Source: Phycisphaerales bacterium
GTDB lineage: Bacteria; Planctomycetota; Phycisphaerae; Phycisphaerales; UBA1924
Direction of reading: 5' to 3'
Assembly (NCBI GenBank): GCA_965227775.1
Contig: OZ245777.1
Span: forward strand, 3,072,001-3,136,000
Length of the DNA: 64,000 bases
Positions 58,869-64,000 of the stretch are shown piece after piece. The notes below the pieces were generated by a model. That model did no database searches. It had not been told where the DNA came from and saw only the letters and a program-made list of their open reading frames with translations. Within the stretch, counting starts at the first letter, position 1, and each line of letters starts with the position of its first letter. The position numbers and the translations under genes are program-made.

Positions 58869-59503
58869 CGGTCACTTCCCTTCGCACTGGCCGGAGCCCC
58901 AACGGGCCCGGACCGTGCGGCGATCCCGAGGGATCTTGCCTTGCCGCACGTCATGCTGCCTTGCACCCGAGCCGGATCACCGACCCGCGCGAAAAACCAA
59001 CCATTGCCAACACCACTCGGTACGGGGTTGTTCGCCCGAGCGATACCAAAACCCGAGCGGCCGCACCACCAATGTCACCCACGTGCCTCCAACCGAAGGA
59101 GGCTGCGGGCCCCAACAAGACTTGTACTGTCCTCCTGCCACCGAAGACTCAGATGCACGGGAAACCCCTTATATAATCGGAAGGGGTATCTCGGCTTGTT
59201 TCGTCCTCGGCTCCGGCAGCGGCCTTCGCTTCGCCCTGGCTCGCTACCTGTCGGAGACGCACCCAAGATATACGCCTCGCGCGAAGAAAAAGTTTCCTCG
59301 CAAAGCGCGATCAATGGCGAATCTTCCGGGCTGTCACACGATCGGACCCCACGACCTCGTCAGCGAGTCGATGCATCGCAATCCCTGCGACGACCCGCGC
59401 GAGCACAGCGACAAGATAACGGAAAACCTGGCCCGAGTCCATGAGATTTATCCAGTTTTCCCTGACGGTTATCCCTAACCATGTGCTTTCACTACGATGA
59501 TCC

Positions 59504-59692
59504 ATGGGTTTTGAACCGCGACGCAGCGGATGGAAAAAGAACGCGATCGTGACAGGGGTCGTCCTGTCGCCGATCGCGGTCCTGATCGTTTTGTTTGTTC
59601 TGCTGAATCGAGCCTATCAGGCCGAACTCGATGGCGGGGACACGACCCGACCGGTCGAGCGGCAGAGCGATCAGCCCCTGGCCTTGCCGTAG
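59504..59692 (+). CDS. Small single-TM membrane protein
   Basis: 62 aa with one hydrophobic helix; TACGAT box 5 nt before the ATG. Confidence 0.55.
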   Translation: MGFEPRRSGWKKNAIVTGVVLSPIAVLIVLFVLLNRAYQAELDGGDTTRPVERQSDQPLALP

Positions 59693-60282
59693 AGCTCGCC
59701 GACCTTCTTCCAATTCACCACGTTCCACCACGACTTTACGTAGTCGGGCCGGCGGTTCTGGTAGTTCAGGTAGTACGCGTGCTCCCAGACATCGATGCCC
59801 AGGATCGGGGTGTGACCGTCCATCAGCGGGCTGTCCTGGTTCAGCGAACTGGTGACCTGCAGCTTGCCCCCACCATCGACAACCAGCCATGCCCAGCCGG
59901 ACCCGAATCGGCCCGCGGCTGCGGCGGCGAAGTCCTCCTTGAACTTGTCGAGCCCGCCCAAGTCGGCGTCGATGGCGCTGGCCAAGTCGCCTTCGGGCGA
60001 GCCACCGCCGTCTGGGCTCATGACCTGCCAGAAGAGGCTGTGGTTCGCGTGGCCACCGCCGTTATTGATAACGGCCTGTCGCTTGTCTTGCGGCACGTCG
60101 TTGATGTTCCGCAGAACCTCTTCGATGGGCTTGCCGGCCATGGGTGACCCTTCCAGGGCAGCGTTGACCTTATCGACGTAGGCCTGGTGGTGCTTCCCAT
60201 GGTGGATCTCCATCGTTTTGGTATCGATGTGGGGCTCGAGCGCGTCCTTGGCGTACGGAAGATCAGGCAGCGTGTATGCCAT
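59671..60282 (-). CDS. sodA: Superoxide dismutase (Mn-type)
   Basis: [34 protein letters not shown]. Confidence 0.95.
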   Translation of the reverse strand: MAYTLPDLPYAKDALEPHIDTKTMEIHHGKHHQAYVDKVNAALEGSPMAGKPIEEVLRNINDVPQDKRQAVINNGGGHANHSLFWQVMSPDGGGSPEGDLASAIDADLGGLDKFKEDFAAAAAGRFGSGWAWLVVDGGGKLQVTSSLNQDSPLMDGHTPILGIDVWEHAYYLNYQNRRPDYVKSWWNVVNWKKVGELYGKARG

Positions 60283-60498
60283 TGAGAACTCTCCTTCATG
60301 TCCGGGCCTTGCGGGCCGGGCGTCGAGCGGCGCGTGACCTGCCGCCACGCCCGCGGGGGTTTGGGGCATGATACGGGCCAGTGCCCCACGTGCCGGCGTC
60401 GGCAGAAAGTCGCTGGGAGTCAGCGATCGTGAAACGGAAAACCCCCCGCCGGATGCGAGGGGTTAGAAGATCGGACCGAGGGTGTCTCGGCGTGCCGC

Positions 60499-60666
60499 TT
60501 ACTCGCAGCCGGCGTCGAACTCGTTCTGGAAGGCCAGGAAATCGAAAATGGTCAGCGAGCCGTCGCCATCGAAGTCGGCGGCGAGGTCGCCAGCATCGAA
60601 CGCGTTCTGGAACGCCAGGAAGTCGAAGATGGTCAGCTGGCCATCGCCATCGAAGTCGGCGCGGCA
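60499..60666 (-). repeat. GC-type dockerin tail, copy 3
   Basis: Highly similar to copies 1 and 2. Confidence 0.85.
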
Positions 60667-61227
60667 GGGCTCGCCGCCGGCGAACACCATGTCGTCGGCA
60701 TCAAAAATCTCGCCCACGGCTGTGCCGACGTAGCTGGGTGCCGCGATGATGCGCACCTCGCTCACCGGCTCGCTGCTGGTGAAGCCCAGGAAGGTGTCTT
60801 CGAAGCCCGACGCGAAATCGAGCACGTCGGCCACGCCTTCGTCGGTGTCGATGGCGATGCCGATGCCCGACGCGGCGCCGAAGGTGTCCCAGCCGAAGGC
60901 CTGGATCGGGCTGTCGAACGTGAAGATGTACTCGACATGGCCGCTGGCGGGGAAGACCGCACCCTGGAACGTTCCGCCTGCGATAGCAGGGGAACCGGTG
61001 CCGCTATCGACACCGATGACCTCGATGCTGCCCCAGTCAGTCAAGATGACGCCCGACGAGGGCTGCAACGGATCGATCGAGAAGCTCTCGAAGTCCTCTG
61101 TCAGGAATTCGCCGCTCACGAGCGGATCGCCTTCCCAGCTGGCCCGATCGCCATAGTCGGTGAACTGTGCGTTGGCGGCGGCGGTCAGGCCGGCCACGAG
61201 AACGATGCTGGCGATACCATGCTTCAT
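60499..61227 (-). CDS. Secreted protein with GC-type dockerin C-terminal domain
   Basis: Signal peptide ..AAANAQ; tail CRADFDGDG...DAGCE. Confidence 0.87.
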   Translation of the reverse strand: MKHGIASIVLVAGLTAAANAQFTDYGDRASWEGDPLVSGEFLTEDFESFSIDPLQPSSGVILTDWGSIEVIGVDSGTGSPAIAGGTFQGAVFPASGHVEYIFTFDSPIQAFGWDTFGAASGIGIAIDTDEGVADVLDFASGFEDTFLGFTSSEPVSEVRIIAAPSYVGTAVGEIFDADDMVFAGGEPCRADFDGDGQLTIFDFLAFQNAFDAGDLAADFDGDGSLTIFDFLAFQNEFDAGCE

Positions 61228-61418
61228 ATCTTGTTCCCCCTCTTGGGTGTCGTTGCATACATCACGGGGAGCTGAGAACACACCCCACCACTGCAAAGTG
61301 TACACGCCGAGAAGAAAACTTTGAATCTGATTCGCGGGGGAAGCCGGGAAAACCGGTCGCGGGACATCCCAACAAGCGATATCACCACGCCCGATAGGGT
61401 CTCTCTGCGGAGCGCTCC

Positions 61419-62726
61419 ATGCTCAAGACCGTCGCGATCCTGCTCGTAGTTCTGATAACCCTGGGCGTCGGCAGCGCGATCGGCCTGATGCAGATGGGCG
61501 GCCCCAAAGGCCTGCGCGAGCGCTTTACACCTCAGGTCGAGCCGTCTCGCGTCATCGTCGAGCCGGCCCGGCAAAGCGACCTTCGCCGGACGATCAACGC
61601 GCCAGGGGCCATCGAGCCCAAGCACATGGTGCAGATCTCGGCGGAGGTCAGCGCACGCATCGTGGCCCTTCCTTTCGGCGAGGGTGACTCGGTGCGCGTG
61701 GGCGACGTCATCTGCCGGCTCGACGCCATCGACCTGCAAGCCCAGCTCGACGCGGCCGAGTCGCGCGTGCGATCTCAAGAGAGCCAGCTTGAGGGTGCCC
61801 GGGCCGAACTCGAGCTCGCACAGCTCGAACTGGGCAGGCTGCAGGAACTGCTCGACACCAAGGACGTCGCCAAGGCCGAGTACGACGCGGCCAACACCCG
61901 TGCGCTCCAGGCGCGCAGCAGCGTGGCGGTCATCGAAGCCGGCATCGAGGCGGCCCGCGCCGACGTGCGCGCCGCCAAGCGGGACCTCGAAAACGCCGTC
62001 ATCGCCAGCCCGATCGAAGGCCGCATCGTGAATCTGCCGGTCGAGGTCGGCGAGACCGTGCTGGGCACGTTCCAGAACCAGGGCTCGCTGATCATGGAGA
62101 TCGCCGACCTCGGCACGATGCTCATGCAGGCACGCATCGACGAGACGAGCGTCGGGCTTGTGCGAGAGGGCCAATCGGCCGACGTCCGCCTGCTCGCGTA
62201 CGGCGATCGCGTGTTCGAGGGCGTCGTGGAACGGGTTGGCTTGCAGCGTCGCGTGTTCACCGACGGCACGAGTTACGTGCAGGCCGAGGTGCTCGTCGAG
62301 CAGGTCGAGAGTGACCTGCTTCGCACTGGGCTAACCGCCAACGCTGACATCTATGTCGACACGGTGCGCGACGCCATCGTGGTGCCCAGCCAGGCCGTGC
62401 TCGACCGCCGCGTCGAGAACCTACCTGACAGCGTTCGCGGTTCCCCGTTGGTCGACCGACAGCGCACGTTCACCACCGTTGTGTACGTCCTCGAGGACGG
62501 CGTGGCTCGGGCACGCCCGGTCAAGACTGGCGTCAGCGACCTCACCGACACCGTCATCCTCGAAGGCCTCGAGCAGGACGATCCGGTCATCACCGGGCCG
62601 TTCCGCGTGTTGCGAGAGTTGCAAGACGGCGACGCGGTGGTCGAGGACGATGTCGACGAGACAGGCCCGGCCGACGACCAGTCGCCCGACGAAGGAGCCG
62701 GCGATGCTGCGACGACGCCGGGTTGA
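61419..62726 (+). CDS. Efflux periplasmic adaptor (MacA/HlyD-like)
   Basis: TM anchor, EGDSVRVGD, alpha hairpin, IASPIEG, GLTAN, VVPSQAV. Confidence 0.9.
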   Translation: MLKTVAILLVVLITLGVGSAIGLMQMGGPKGLRERFTPQVEPSRVIVEPARQSDLRRTINAPGAIEPKHMVQISAEVSARIVALPFGEGDSVRVGDVICRLDAIDLQAQLDAAESRVRSQESQLEGARAELELAQLELGRLQELLDTKDVAKAEYDAANTRALQARSSVAVIEAGIEAARADVRAAKRDLENAVIASPIEGRIVNLPVEVGETVLGTFQNQGSLIMEIADLGTMLMQARIDETSVGLVREGQSADVRLLAYGDRVFEGVVERVGLQRRVFTDGTSYVQAEVLVEQVESDLLRTGLTANADIYVDTVRDAIVVPSQAVLDRRVENLPDSVRGSPLVDRQRTFTTVVYVLEDGVARARPVKTGVSDLTDTVILEGLEQDDPVITGPFRVLRELQDGDAVVEDDVDETGPADDQSPDEGAGDAATTPG

Positions 62727-63507
62727 GACCGACGCGCCGGCCATCCGCGTCACAGGGCTGGAGAAGGTCTACAAGATGGGCGTGGAGCGCGTGCGGGCGC
62801 TCGACGGCGTCGACCTCACGATCGAGGCCGGAGAGTTCGTGGCCATCATGGGTGCCTCGGGCTCGGGCAAGAGCACGCTTATGAACGTCTTGGGCTGCCT
62901 CGACCGCCCCACTGCCGGCGAGTACGAACTGGCCGGAATCCCAACACGCAAGATGAGCGCGACGCGTCTTGCCAAAGTGCGCAACGAACGCATCGGCTTC
63001 ATCTTCCAGACTTTCGAGTTGCTGCCCCGTGCGTCGGCAATCCAGAACGTCATGCTGCCCATGATCTACAGCAAGAAGCACGTGTTCGGTGCGCGCGGCC
63101 GTGCCAAAGGAGCACTCCGCAGGGTTGGCCTGGGCGAACGCATGCGACACCGGCCAAACCAACTCTCGGGTGGGCAGCGTCAGCGCGTTGCCGTGGCGCG
63201 GGCGCTGGTCAACGATCCCGCCATCCTGCTGGCCGACGAACCCACGGGCAACCTCGATTCGCATACCACGACCGAGATCATCCGGCTCTTCACCGAACTG
63301 CACGACGAGGGCCAGACCATCGTGATCGTGACGCACGAGGAGGAGGTCGCCGGATACGCCGAACGCATCGTGCGATTGCGAGACGGCCAAGTGTTCAGTG
63401 ACATGGCAACCGCCGACGACCCCCTGCACACCGCCTACCTGCAGTCGATCGCCAGCACGGCCGCGAAGCGCGCCCAGACGGTCGCTGCCGAGGGAGCGCC
63501 GGCATGA
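62704..63507 (+). CDS. ABC transporter ATP-binding protein (MacB/LolD-like)
   Basis: GASGSGKST, LSGGQRQR, LADEPTGNLD, VTH. Confidence 0.93.
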   Translation: MLRRRRVETDAPAIRVTGLEKVYKMGVERVRALDGVDLTIEAGEFVAIMGASGSGKSTLMNVLGCLDRPTAGEYELAGIPTRKMSATRLAKVRNERIGFIFQTFELLPRASAIQNVMLPMIYSKKHVFGARGRAKGALRRVGLGERMRHRPNQLSGGQRQRVAVARALVNDPAILLADEPTGNLDSHTTTEIIRLFTELHDEGQTIVIVTHEEEVAGYAERIVRLRDGQVFSDMATADDPLHTAYLQSIASTAAKRAQTVAAEGAPA

Positions 63508-64000
63508 TCATCATCCGCTTGCTCATGCAGACCGTGGTGCTGGCGCTAGGTCAGATCTGGGCCAACAAGGTCCGATCGCTGCTTACCACGCTGGGCATTG
63601 TCATCGGCGTGGCGGCGGTCGTCGCGACGGTCGCGGCCATCGAGGGGCTGCGTGGCTTTGTACTCACCGAATTCGAGACCTTTGGCACCAACAAAGTGTT
63701 CATCGACGGGAGCCTGCCCCAGAGCTGGCGTGGCCGGATCTCGTGGCGAGACGCCCAGCTCAGCATCGAGGAGGTCGAAGGCATCGTCGAGCACGCGCCT
63801 TCGGTCACGAATATCAGCCCGCAATGGCGTGCTTCCGCTCGAGTGGACTACGAGAACATCGTGCTCGAGTCGGCGTCCATCGTCGGTATCCGTCCCCAGT
63901 GGCATGATGTCGAGAACCGCCAGGTCACCGTCGGCCGGCCGTTCAATCAGGTCGACGAAGAGCAACGCCGCTACGTCGTGCTCATCAATGAGCAAGCGAT
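63504..64000 (+). CDS. ABC transporter permease (MacB-like), truncated at the window edge
   Basis: ANKVRSLLTTLGIVIGVAAVV, FGTN; ATGA overlap with the ATPase gene. Confidence 0.88.
   Translation, partial: MIIIRLLMQTVVLALGQIWANKVRSLLTTLGIVIGVAAVVATVAAIEGLRGFVLTEFETFGTNKVFIDGSLPQSWRGRISWRDAQLSIEEVEGIVEHAPSVTNISPQWRASARVDYENIVLESASIVGIRPQWHDVENRQVTVGRPFNQVDEEQRRYVVLINEQA

Overview
GC-rich chromosomal window, most likely from a Planctomycetota (Phycisphaerales-like) bacterium. This is inferred from a HYExAFE-family gene, many prepilin-type (DUF1559-like) genes, GC-type dockerin-anchored proteins, an atypical sigma-70 and mreBCD. It holds about 56 CDS and 2 tRNAs (Glu-CTC, Arg-ACG). Housekeeping genes include smpB, dtd, coaX, serA/serC, gluQ, fdx, mreBCD, hppA, rpsT, ppc, pilT and sodA. 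I found no integrase, transposase, CRISPR array or reverse transcriptase. The most notable signals are: (1) a tandem array of four prepilin-type paralogs, each followed by its own terminator, with a conserved C-terminal [15 protein letters not shown] tail, mosaic variable loops and a near-identical 162-nt internal block; (2) four unrelated secreted proteins sharing a 55-aa Cys-flanked dockerin tail, one lying next to a CPBP glutamic endopeptidase and two divergent from an uncharacterised putative regulator with operator-like repeats; (3) at least 11 genes with a TAnnnT -10 box 5-7 nt before the start codon, suggesting widespread leaderless mRNAs; (4) a membrane-anchored, catalytically degenerate GspE-like ATPase between pilT and a CvpA-like gene; (5) a sigma factor lacking the region 2.3 tryptophans. 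All calls come from reading motifs by eye; no database search was run.
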